A stretch of DNA of 39,497 nt from Rhodothermales bacterium. GTDB lineage: Bacteria > Bacteroidota > Rhodothermia > Rhodothermales > JANQRZ01. Within the stretch, counting starts at the first letter, position 1. Every line of letters begins with the position of its first letter. The notes under the pieces are model-generated. The model did no database searches. It worked only from the letters and a program-made list of their open reading frames with translations, and was not told the DNA's origin. The translations under genes were made by a program, and so were the position numbers. The stretch covers positions 1 through 39,497 of the forward strand of contig JBBSMV010000001.1 in assembly GCA_038232975.1 (NCBI GenBank). Direction: 5' to 3'. Below, in pieces: positions 9,349-17,306 of the stretch.

Positions 9349-10104
9349 CTACGCTGCCACCTCGTCCACGATCTCACGGTAGAGCGCGGCGGCGCGCTCG
9401 GCAGCCTCCTTCGGCTCGCCCGAGAGGTCGGCCCCGTCCTCGCCCTGCCGGCCCGCGCCGTAGGCCAGGGCGTCGGCGAAGGCCGCCCCGACCTCGCGCA
9501 GCTCGCGCTCGGCGGCCTCGGCGGGGAGGCCGAGGGCGTCGGCGCGCTCGGCACCGAGGCGGACGTCCACCTCGGCGGCGTCCGGGGTGTAGACCGTCTT
9601 CGTGCTCTCAAACAGGGGGTGCCCGGCGAACTCGCCCCGGAGCAGCGCCGGCACGAAGCCGGCGATCCAGCCGACGGCGTGGACCACGTCGGGTGCCCAC
9701 CCGAGGTTCTCCACCGTCGTGAGGGCGGCGCGGCCGAAGTAGAGCGCGCGCTCGGCGTTGTCCTCGAAGAGGGCCTCGGTCTTGCGGTCCTTGAACAGCC
9801 CCTTGCGCTTGAAGTAGTGGTCGTTGTCCGCGAAGTAGACCTGGAGCCGGATGCCGGGGATCGAGGCGACCTTCACCTTGAGAATCTCCGTGGTCTCGCC
9901 GACCGAGATCGCGCTGCCGGAGAGCCGGATGACCTCGTGGAGGCGGTTGCGCCGCTCCGAGACGGTGCCGTAGCGCGGCATGATGATCCGGACCTCGAAG
10001 TCGCCGAGCTCCTGGAGCTGCTCGGGCAGGTCGCGGGCGAGCTGCGCCGCCTCCGTCGAGTTGGAGAAAGGGGCCACTTCGCCTGCTACGAACAAGACTT
10101 TCAT
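9349..10104 (-). CDS. short glycogen/starch synthase-like protein (GT5 N-terminal-half type)
   Basis: Start at MKVLFVAGEVAPF (ATG 10104), which matches the classic GlgA N-terminus (KVLFV..E..PF.K.GGL-like context). At only ~251 aa it covers just the N-terminal Rossmann half. Confidence 0.75.
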   Translation of the reverse strand: MKVLFVAGEVAPFSNSTEAAQLARDLPEQLQELGDFEVRIIMPRYGTVSERRNRLHEVIRLSGSAISVGETTEILKVKVASIPGIRLQVYFADNDHYFKRKGLFKDRKTEALFEDNAERALYFGRAALTTVENLGWAPDVVHAVGWIAGFVPALLRGEFAGHPLFESTKTVYTPDAAEVDVRLGAERADALGLPAEAAERELREVGAAFADALAYGAGRQGEDGADLSGEPKEAAERAAALYREIVDEVAA

Positions 10105-10273
10105 GCGCGCGCTCGGTTCGGGGGAGGTCGGCCCGGCGGGCGGGCGCACCGTCGCGCCGACGCCGGAGGGGACCGATCAAAACGGCACAAAAGGTACGAA
10201 ACGGCGACCCCTCCGGGCAAATCGGCGGCCGAGTCTGGTGCTCGGGGCCGGCCGCCCTCTCCCACGATAGCCT

Positions 10274-10891
10274 CTAAGGAAGCGGGACGTATCCGCCGGA
10301 GCCACCGAGATCGCCGAGGTTGCGCGCGTCGAAGGAGCCGCTGACGGTGACAGTGCGGCCTGTGCCTTCTCCGAGTGGAGTGTAGCGAGCGCGGAAAGAG
10401 AACGAGCCGGCTGTCCGCTCCGCGGTCGAGGTGTCGAGGGTGAGCGTGCCCGACTCGGCGAAGAAGAAGGACCCACCGAGGCCGCCTCGGTCGAAGGCGG
10501 AAAAGAAAGCGCTGACGCCGTCGCGGTCGAAGCCGCCGACAGGATAGGACCCCGGCTCCAGCCGCTCACTACCGCGTCGCATGAAGGTGACCGTTCGAGC
10601 GGGCTGCCCGGTCGGTGGCTCCCCGTCGGCCTCGATGAGGGTGATCATAAAAGACGTGCTGCTGTCGAGCGTGGCGAGGCTGTCGCCGGGGTAGAACAGG
10701 GAGTCGGCAAAGAAGGTGCGGACAGTGAACGCCGAGGCGAAGCCGCTCAGGTCGAACGGCTCGTCATCGCCGAAGGCCACGGTCGCGCGGAACTCACCAG
10801 GGTTGACGGGCGGCGGATCGCTCGGGTCTTCCGAGTCGCAGGCGGCCAGGCCCAGGGCCAGCAGCAGCAGGGGAAACGCGAGGCGTGTCAT
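10274..10891 (-). CDS. lipoprotein, function unknown
   Basis: Start at MTRLAFPLLLLALGLAAC (lipobox; ATG 10891, G-poor leader). The body is beta-rich with GC3-rich codons. It lies directly downstream of the M1 peptidase gene on the same strand. Confidence 0.65.
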   Translation of the reverse strand: MTRLAFPLLLLALGLAACDSEDPSDPPPVNPGEFRATVAFGDDEPFDLSGFASAFTVRTFFADSLFYPGDSLATLDSSTSFMITLIEADGEPPTGQPARTVTFMRRGSERLEPGSYPVGGFDRDGVSAFFSAFDRGGLGGSFFFAESGTLTLDTSTAERTAGSFSFRARYTPLGEGTGRTVTVSGSFDARNLGDLGGSGGYVPLP

Positions 10892-10947
10892 GTGGGAAAG
10901 CGGAGGGCCTATAAAACGAGACGGAATATACGAGCGCCTGCCCGCCG

Positions 10948-13900
10948 TCACAGCCCGGCCTCGACGCCGACGAGCCAGCGGAAGCCGAGGGGGTCCTCGT
11001 CCGGCCCGATCCGCTCCGGCTCGCTCGCCCACACCGGGAACTTGGCGACGAGGTGCAGCCCGCGGAGCACGTCCGACTGCGCGACGAGGCCGGAGACCTG
11101 CGCCAGCGCGCCGAGGTCGTAGCCCAGCCCGACCCCGGCGTCGGCGGCGAGCGCGTCGAAGTCAAAGGCGTCGAGGCGGAGCATCCCGATCCCGCTGAAC
11201 AGCTCTACCCCGAGCGGACCGAGCACGCGCTGCGCGCTCCGGCCTAGTCCCGGCACCCGGACCGGGAGGTGGAGGGCGAGGGTTCCGGCCAGCAGCGAGT
11301 TGCTGAAGTCGAGGTCGGGGCCGCGCACGAAACCGACCCCGTCCGGCGGGAGGGCGGCGAACACGTCGCGCCGCAGGTAGGCCACGGGGCCGACCCCGGA
11401 GAGCGCGACGAAGTGGAGGTCGCCCTGCGGCGCGGCGAAGGGCGCGGCCAGCACGCGGTAGGCATCGCTCCGCCAGCGCGTCTCAACCGACGAGGCCCCG
11501 AGCCGGAAGAGCTTCTGCGGACTCAGCCGGTCCGAGCCGACCCCGAGCGCGAACCGGGCGAGGCCGGTGAACGGCCCGAGCGCCGCCGCCTTCGCAGCCT
11601 CGAGCACGACGCGGTTGGCGTTGTACCGGCGGCTGCCAGCCCGGTCCACGAACGTGTCCGACGAGCCGCCGACCTCCAGGGCCGCCGCGATCCCGCTCCG
11701 GCCGTCGCCGATCCGGTAGTCGAGCCGGGCCGAGAGCAGGTGGTCCTCGCCGAAGAGGGCGTCGCGGCCGTCGGCATCGTAGAGCAGAGGGTCCCCGAAC
11801 AGGTTGTTGTCGTAGGCCTCGAAGGCGCGGTCCGAGGTGCGGTGCTGGTGGCCGAGCGTGAGGCTCAGCGCGTGGTCCCAGCCGCGCAGCGTCGGGTAGC
11901 GCCCGAGCACCTTCGTGAGCGAGACCCGGTTCTCCATGATCCCGAGGTGCTTCTGGAAGTCGAAGCGAAGCTCGTCGAGCGGGCCGAGCGCGGGCAGCCG
12001 CCGGGCGTAGACGGCGGTGTAGTCGAGCCCGTCGAGCGGCGAGCCGCCGGGCGTGTCCTCGGCCTCGGGGAGGTAGAGGTCGAGCCGCACGCCCGGCCTG
12101 TCGAAGCCTCGGTCCTCGTTGGCGATCACCTGGGGCCAGAGCGTGAGGCCGAGCTGGAGCGCGCCCCGGTCGCCCGGCAGCGCCGCCCGGAGCTGCGCGC
12201 CGACGCCGACGCCGTAATCGTGCGAGTAGGCAGTGATGGACGAGAGCGCGTAGGTGACGGCCGCCGGGTCGGGGCGCGGCAGGGCGTAGAAGCCGGCGAA
12301 CGTCTGCGGCACGTCCGGCCCGCCGCGCAGCACGCGGTTGTTCGACGGGTCGAGGTCGAGCATCCGGCCGTCGGGGTCGAGGAGCACCTCGCGCACCTCG
12401 CCCTCGACGGTGAGCGTGTAGGTCGGCGAGGTCCAGGGCCACGGCTCGGCGACGGCCCAGCCCTCAGGCACCGGCTTGTGACCGCGCATCACGCTCGGCG
12501 GGATGGTCACCATCTGCTCGCTCCCGTCGGCGAGGCGGAGGCGGAGGTCCACGGGGAGGACACCCGGCTCGCGTCGCTCCAGCGTGACGGTCGAGCGGAG
12601 GCCGCCGGGCGCGCGCTCCACGTCGAGGCCCCCGGCGGCGTAGTCGTAGCGCTCGGCCCCCTCCAGGAGCTGCTCGAAGAGCCAGTCGAGCTGGAGGCCG
12701 CTCACGTCCTGCGCGACGGCGAGCACGTCGGCCGGGTAGGGGTGGCGGAAGCGGAAGCGGGCGACGTACTCGCGCAGGAAGGCGTCGCGCACGGCGTCGC
12801 CCATCACGTAGCCGAGGAGGTCGGCGAGGGCCTCGCCGGCGGAGTAGGAGGCCGCGCCGTAGGCCGTGTTCGTCTCGTACCAGTCGGCGGGCTTGTTGGG
12901 CCGCTCGTAGAGGCCGAGGCGCTGGAGCTGGGCGATGCGCGCGCGCGCCCCGGCGTGGCTGGCTGGGCCGGGCGGGGCGACGCCCTCGGCGGCGAGGACG
13001 TGCTGCATCCCCTCGGCGTCGGCAAAGCTCGTGAAGCCCTCGTCCATCCACGCGAAGTCGCTCTCGTTCGAGCCGACCATGCCGTAGAACCACATGTGCG
13101 CGAACTCGTGGGCCGTCACGCCGAGCACCGAGAGGGGCGGGCGCTCACCCGTGATGAGCGTGATCATCGGGTACTCCATCCCGCCGTCGCCGCCCTGCGC
13201 CACCGTGAACTGCGGCCAGGCGTAGGTCCCGAAGCGGGCGCTGAAGTAGCGTGTGAGGGCCGCCGTCTGCTCGCCGAGGCGCTCCCACGCTGGGGCCACC
13301 TCGGGCTGATAGAGGAGGTGGAGCGTGACCGGCTCGGCGCGCCCCGGCACGTCGTCCACGAGGACCTGCTCGTGGAGGTAGTCGGGGTCGGCGGCCCAGG
13401 CGAAGTCGTGGACCTCGTCGGCGCGGAAGTGCCAGGTGAGCGAGTCGGCGTCCGTCGCCGGGCCGGGGGACGTTGGTCCGAGACCCGGCGGGGCGTCGTA
13501 GCCGTGCCCGACCTCCGCCGGGTTCTGGAGCACGCCCGTCGCCCCGACGACGTAGGCGGCCGGCAGCGTGATCCGGACGTCGAAGGAGCCGAACGGGGCG
13601 TAGAACTCGCGCCCGATGTAGGGGTCGGCGTGCCAGCCGACGGCGTCGTAGGCCGCCATCTTCGGGTACCACTGCGTCATCGAGAAGTCAATCCCCTCGC
13701 GGTTGTCGCGCCCGCTGCGCCGGGTCTGGAGCGGCACCTGCGCCTCGAAGCCCATCTCGAAGACCGACGCCGCGCCGGGCAGGATCGGCCGGGCGAGGTC
13801 CACCTCGAGGATCGTGTCCTCCACCCGGTACGCGACCGGCTCGCCGTCCTGCGTGAGCGAGCGGACGCGCTGGAAGCCGACCTCGTCCGGCCCCAGCTCG

Positions 13901-14187
13901 AAGATGCGCGGCACGACGCGGCGGTCCGGGTCGGGGAGGTGGCGGTTGCGCTCGGCCATCATCGAGTGCGGCTCGAAGGCGTTGAAGTAGAGGTGGTAGT
14001 AGACCTGCCGGAGCGTGTCGGGCGAGCTGTTGGTGTAGACGAGGCGCTGCTGCCCGAGGAGGCGGTGGCGGTCGGCCTGGAGGTGGACGTCCATGTCGTA
14101 GGCGACGGCCTGCTGCCACGGCGCGGCCTGCTGCGCGCGGGCGAGGGGAGCGGCGAGAACGAGGGCGAGTACGAAAGCGAGGCGCAT
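10948..14187 (-). CDS. M1-family zinc metallopeptidase (aminopeptidase N-like) with long C-terminal beta-rich extension
   Basis: Signal peptide MRLAFVLALVLAAPLARAQQ. It has a GGMEYP (GxMEN-like) motif and HEFAHMWFYGMVGSNESDFAWMDEG (HExxH-x18-E). A further ~450 aa lies beyond the catalytic region. Confidence 0.9.
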   Translation of the reverse strand: MRLAFVLALVLAAPLARAQQAAPWQQAVAYDMDVHLQADRHRLLGQQRLVYTNSSPDTLRQVYYHLYFNAFEPHSMMAERNRHLPDPDRRVVPRIFELGPDEVGFQRVRSLTQDGEPVAYRVEDTILEVDLARPILPGAASVFEMGFEAQVPLQTRRSGRDNREGIDFSMTQWYPKMAAYDAVGWHADPYIGREFYAPFGSFDVRITLPAAYVVGATGVLQNPAEVGHGYDAPPGLGPTSPGPATDADSLTWHFRADEVHDFAWAADPDYLHEQVLVDDVPGRAEPVTLHLLYQPEVAPAWERLGEQTAALTRYFSARFGTYAWPQFTVAQGGDGGMEYPMITLITGERPPLSVLGVTAHEFAHMWFYGMVGSNESDFAWMDEGFTSFADAEGMQHVLAAEGVAPPGPASHAGARARIAQLQRLGLYERPNKPADWYETNTAYGAASYSAGEALADLLGYVMGDAVRDAFLREYVARFRFRHPYPADVLAVAQDVSGLQLDWLFEQLLEGAERYDYAAGGLDVERAPGGLRSTVTLERREPGVLPVDLRLRLADGSEQMVTIPPSVMRGHKPVPEGWAVAEPWPWTSPTYTLTVEGEVREVLLDPDGRMLDLDPSNNRVLRGGPDVPQTFAGFYALPRPDPAAVTYALSSITAYSHDYGVGVGAQLRAALPGDRGALQLGLTLWPQVIANEDRGFDRPGVRLDLYLPEAEDTPGGSPLDGLDYTAVYARRLPALGPLDELRFDFQKHLGIMENRVSLTKVLGRYPTLRGWDHALSLTLGHQHRTSDRAFEAYDNNLFGDPLLYDADGRDALFGEDHLLSARLDYRIGDGRSGIAAALEVGGSSDTFVDRAGSRRYNANRVVLEAAKAAALGPFTGLARFALGVGSDRLSPQKLFRLGASSVETRWRSDAYRVLAAPFAAPQGDLHFVALSGVGPVAYLRRDVFAALPPDGVGFVRGPDLDFSNSLLAGTLALHLPVRVPGLGRSAQRVLGPLGVELFSGIGMLRLDAFDFDALAADAGVGLGYDLGALAQVSGLVAQSDVLRGLHLVAKFPVWASEPERIGPDEDPLGFRWLVGVEAGL

Positions 14188-14335
14188 GGGCAGGGGGAAG
14201 CGAGGGCGGGCGGAAGGTAGGCGCGGACGCGGGCGGGTGCAACGCCGAGGCGTGGGCTATCTTCCCAGCCTCCCGCACAACGTCCTACCGCGCCGCCTCG
14301 TGCCCGCGCGCCGCGCCGCCCAGCCCTGTCCCACC

Positions 14336-14644
14336 GTGACCAAAGCCGACATCGTGGACCGCATCGCCGAAGGGACCGGGCTGACCAAGCTCGAAACCGA
14401 GGCCGTCGTGGACGGTTTTCTGATCACCGTGCGCGAGGCCCTGGAGGCGGGCGACTCGGTGGAGCTGCGCGGGTTCGGCTCGTTCCAGGCGCGGGAGCGC
14501 GCCGCGCGGACCGCCCGCAACCCGCAGACCGACGAGCCGGTGGCGGTGCCGCGCCGGTTCGTGCCGGCCTTCAAGGCGTCGCAGGAGCTCCGCCGCGTGG
14601 TGAACCGGGCGCGCCTGGCCGCCGAGCGCGCTTCCGGGGAGTGA
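14336..14644 (+). CDS. HU/IHF-family DNA-binding protein
   Basis: KADIVDRIAEGTGLTKLETEAVVDGFL...RGFGSFQARERAARTARNPQTDEPVAVPRRFVPAFKAS is the canonical HU fold signature. The start is taken at GTG 14336; the upstream part of the 152-aa ORF is R/G-rich junk. Confidence 0.9.
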   Translation: MTKADIVDRIAEGTGLTKLETEAVVDGFLITVREALEAGDSVELRGFGSFQARERAARTARNPQTDEPVAVPRRFVPAFKASQELRRVVNRARLAAERASGE

Positions 14645-14822
14645 AGAGAGAGGAGAGAGAGGAGAGAGAGGAGAGAGAAAAGCAAAACCGACAAAGCTAC
14701 TGAGGCCGTCGCGCTCCGTGCCCGTAGGGGCGACCCCGTGTGGTCGCCCGAGGGTTGGCACCGGGGCCGGACATGGCACGCCATGTCCCTACGGCACCGC
14801 GTTCACCGTCCACCGTCTCACC
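14645..14822 (+). repeat. composite intergenic module, copy A: (AGAGAGAGG)x3 polypurine tract, conserved spacer, 69-nt REPIN-like doublet (14724-14792), TCACCGTCCACCGTCTCACC tail
   Basis: It aligns at roughly 80-85% (by eye) with 34703-34823. It starts right after the HU stop codon and ends 15 nt before the next start codon. Confidence 0.85.
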
Positions 14823-14837
14823 CTCCGCCGTCTCACC

Positions 14838-15944
14838 GTGAACCCTCCCGTCTGCCCTGCCTGCGGCGCGCGCCTCGCGCCCGGCTCCACGCACTGCGAC
14901 CTGTGCGGCCACACGCTCGGCGAGGAGCCGGTGGCCGAGCCGGAGCGCCGCTCGGCATTTCCCGACGCCGCACCCGAGCCGGTCGTACCTGCCGCGCGTG
15001 TATCGGACGAGTCCGCGGCCGGGCCGTTCTGCACGCACTGCGGGACGAAGAACCCGGCCTACGCCCGCTTCTGCTACCAGTGCGGACACGCGCTCGTCGC
15101 TAGCGGCTTGCCCGAGGGGAGCGTGCCCGTCGTGGAGACGACGCCCGTCATTCCCGCGCCGCCGCCCGGTCCGGTCCCCTCTACGCCGGCGCGCCCGGCG
15201 TCGGATGCTGGGCAGCGGGCGCTTGTGCTCGTCGGGGCGGGTGTGCTGGCCGTCGTGGTCCTCTTCTTCAGCACCCGCGCCAGCACCGACGGCCCGGCTC
15301 CATTGGCCCCGACCGCCGCCGAGCCAGCAGCCGCCCCGCCGCCTGCCGTCTCGGCCGAGCTGCCGGCCGAGGTGGAGGCCCAGGCGGCGGCGCTGGAGGA
15401 CGAGATCGCGGCGGCGAGCGGCGAGGAGCGGCGGGCGAAGCAGGAGGCCCTCGCCGCGCTCTACGTCCAGAACGGCGCGTTCGCCCTCGCCGCGCCCGTG
15501 CAGCAGGCCATCGCCGAGGCGCAGCCGACGGCCCTCGCCTGGGCCGACGCCGGCTCGCTCTACCTCGCCCACATGCTCCGGACTCAGGGTCCCGACCGCG
15601 CCGCCTACGCCCACCTCGCCGCCGAGAGCTACGAGCGATCCCTCGCCCTCGACGACACCGACCTCGACGTGAAGACGGACCTCGCCACGGCCTACCTCAA
15701 CGACGCCCAGAACCCGATGCGCGCCGTGGAGACCGTCAAGGAGGTGCTCGCGGAGGCTCCCGAGCACGTCCGGGCCAACTTCAACTTCGGGCTGATGCTC
15801 GCGCAGATCAACCGCGCCGACCAGGCGCAGGAGCAGTTCGAGAAGGTCATCGGCCTGACCGAGCCGGGCGACCCGGTCCGGCAGCGCGCCGAGCAGGAGC
15901 TGGCGCGGCTCCGGGCGGCGCAGGCCGGCACCGCGAGCGGATGA
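14838..15944 (+). CDS. double zinc-ribbon / single-TM / TPR-repeat protein
   Basis: CPACGARLAPGSTHCDLCGH and FCTHCGTKNPAYARFCYQCGH form two zinc ribbons. The TM segment is ALVLVGAGVLAVVVLFF, followed by C-terminal TPR-like repeats. GTG 14838 is chosen because the upstream part of the ORF runs through the repeat element. Confidence 0.75.
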   Translation: MNPPVCPACGARLAPGSTHCDLCGHTLGEEPVAEPERRSAFPDAAPEPVVPAARVSDESAAGPFCTHCGTKNPAYARFCYQCGHALVASGLPEGSVPVVETTPVIPAPPPGPVPSTPARPASDAGQRALVLVGAGVLAVVVLFFSTRASTDGPAPLAPTAAEPAAAPPPAVSAELPAEVEAQAAALEDEIAAASGEERRAKQEALAALYVQNGAFALAAPVQQAIAEAQPTALAWADAGSLYLAHMLRTQGPDRAAYAHLAAESYERSLALDDTDLDVKTDLATAYLNDAQNPMRAVETVKEVLAEAPEHVRANFNFGLMLAQINRADQAQEQFEKVIGLTEPGDPVRQRAEQELARLRAAQAGTASG

Positions 15945-15980
15945 GCGGAGGGTGGGAGGACGGGAGGGTGGGGGGCCGCT

Positions 15981-16133
15981 GTGCTGATCGCTCTCACGGG
16001 GTTGGCGGCCTGCCGCACGCAGCCCGAGCGAGCGGACCTGCTCGTGTTCGCCGCCGCCTCGCTCACCGACATGGTGGCGGAGGTGGAGACGCGCTTCGAG
16101 GCAGCGCATCCCGAGACCGACGTGCTCCTCTCG
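15981..16133 (+). pseudogene. N-terminal remnant of a molybdate-binding protein (ModA-like)
   Basis: LIALTGLAAC (lipobox) followed by LLVFAAASLTDMVAEVETRFEAAHPETDVLLS matches the ModA N-terminus (VFAAASLTDA...F...HP...V..SF). The similarity stops after ~50 aa. The upstream sequence is G-rich and not leader-like. Confidence 0.45.
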
Positions 16134-16178
16134 GCCATAGCGCTCGAATCCCCCCTCCCGCTCCGGTGTATCCTCTCC

Positions 16179-16388
16179 ATGCCTCCTCTACCCGAACGGA
16201 CGCTGGACCGAACCGCCGTCAGGAGAACGTCGCTCCGCGAGGCCGGGAGCGACGTGGCCTACTGGCGCGCGCGGCCCCCGCACGTGCGGCTTCAGGCGCT
16301 GGAAGGCATCCGGCGCGAGTACCACGACTGGCCCGATGACGCCGGCCCCCGACTTCAGAGAGTTTGCCGCGTGCGCAAACGCCCGTGA
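16179..16388 (+). CDS. small hypothetical protein (~69 aa)
   Basis: ATG 16179 is preceded by a G-poor pyrimidine leader, like genuine genes here. The sequence ...AYWRARPPHVRLQALEGIRREY...PRLQRVCRV resembles small conserved proteins I recall upstream of nucleotidyltransferase genes (memory only). Confidence 0.4.
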   Translation: MPPLPERTLDRTAVRRTSLREAGSDVAYWRARPPHVRLQALEGIRREYHDWPDDAGPRLQRVCRVRKRP

Positions 16389-16470
16389 GGTGCGCTACCT
16401 CGTCGGCGGCTACGCGGTCGCCCACCCGCGCTACAATCAGGACCTGGCCGACCTGGAAAACCTGGAGTAG
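16336..16470 (+). pseudogene. truncated nucleotidyltransferase-like fragment (44 aa)
   Basis: It translates to MTPAPDFREFAACANAREVRYLVGGYAVAHPRYNQDLADLENLE*. This resembles the N-terminus D-F-x-E-F-x(6-8)-V-x-YL-V-V-GG-Y-A-V of a ~170-aa NTase family but ends after 44 aa. It overlaps the previous small ORF by 53 nt. Confidence 0.35.
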
Positions 16471-16481
16471 GCCGCGCCGCC

Positions 16482-17096
16482 TCAGTCGAAGAACGTCGCC
16501 GTGCCCGTCGTCACGTCGTACATCGCGCCGACGACAGCGAGGGCACCGCGCTCGGCGCGCGCGCGGAGGATCGGGCTGGCCGCCAGGAGCTGCGCGGCGG
16601 AGAGGTGGACGTTCGCCTCGGCGACGGCCTCGACGAACGCTTCCCCGGCCGCAGGCTCGCCGCGCGCGGCGGCCGCCGCGACGGCCGGCGCGATGCGCTC
16701 CAGCAGGCCGGTGAGGTGGCCGAGGCGGACGCCGTCGCACGCACCCTGCACCGCCCCGCACCGGGTGTGCCCGAGCACCACGATCAGCTTCGCCCCGGCC
16801 ACCTCGGTGGCGAACTCCAGGCTGCCGAGGAGGTCGTCGTTGACCACGTTGCCCGCCACGCGCGCCACGAACAGGTCGCCGAAGCTCTGGTCGAAGATGA
16901 CCTCGGCGGGGACGCGCGAGTCGATGCAGCCGAGCACGGCGGCGAAGGGGAACTGCCCGGCGGCCGTGGCCCGGACGTGCGCGTGGTAGTCGTGGGCGCG
17001 CTCCATGCCGGAGCGGAAGCGGGCGTGGCCCTCTTTCAGGCGCTGGAGGGCCTGCGCCGGGGTGAGGGCGGCCTGGGTTTCGGGAGAGAGCGGCAT
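16482..17096 (-). CDS. beta-class carbonic anhydrase
   Basis: It has GCIDSRVPAEVIF (C-x-D-x-R) and VLGHTRCGAV (H-x-x-C). The start is at MPLSPETQ (ATG 17096, G-poor leader). The rest of the 765-aa ORF is antisense to the ABC permease gene. Confidence 0.9.
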   Translation of the reverse strand: MPLSPETQAALTPAQALQRLKEGHARFRSGMERAHDYHAHVRATAAGQFPFAAVLGCIDSRVPAEVIFDQSFGDLFVARVAGNVVNDDLLGSLEFATEVAGAKLIVVLGHTRCGAVQGACDGVRLGHLTGLLERIAPAVAAAAARGEPAAGEAFVEAVAEANVHLSAAQLLAASPILRARAERGALAVVGAMYDVTTGTATFFD

Positions 17097-17280
17097 CGGA
17101 GAGGCAGGGGCGGAGGGGCGATAGTACGGCGAGCAGGGCAATCGGTGCCGGCCGGGGCGGGCGCGAGAGCAGAGCGAGCTCCGTGAGGTTCGTAGGGTAC
17201 GCGCCGTCGGCCGAACCGCCGTCGGCGCGGCCGGCGCAACTCCCGGAGCAGCCGGTCGTAAGCGCCCGCGTCTGCTGCCC

Positions 17281-17302
17281 CCCGACCTCCCGACCGACTG
17301 AC
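17281..17302 (+). repeat. CCCGAC-repeat leader tract upstream of permease gene 1
   Basis: The tract reads CCCGAC-CT-CCCGAC-CGAC-TGAC and ends 4 nt before TTG 17307. Confidence 0.7.
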
Positions 17303-17306
17303 GCCG

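Noticed and set aside
11269-14220. 983-aa plus-strand ORF opposite the M1 peptidase gene.
   Set aside because: The minus-strand frame carries the unambiguous GxMEN-like and HExxH-x18-E motifs. The plus-strand product is R/G/E/V-rich junk.
14645-14681. GA-rich 9-mer repeats considered as a CRISPR-like array or coding low-complexity sequence.
   Set aside because: The units are 9 nt with no spacers and total under 40 nt, with no cas genes nearby. This is a polypurine microsatellite that is part of a larger repeat module.
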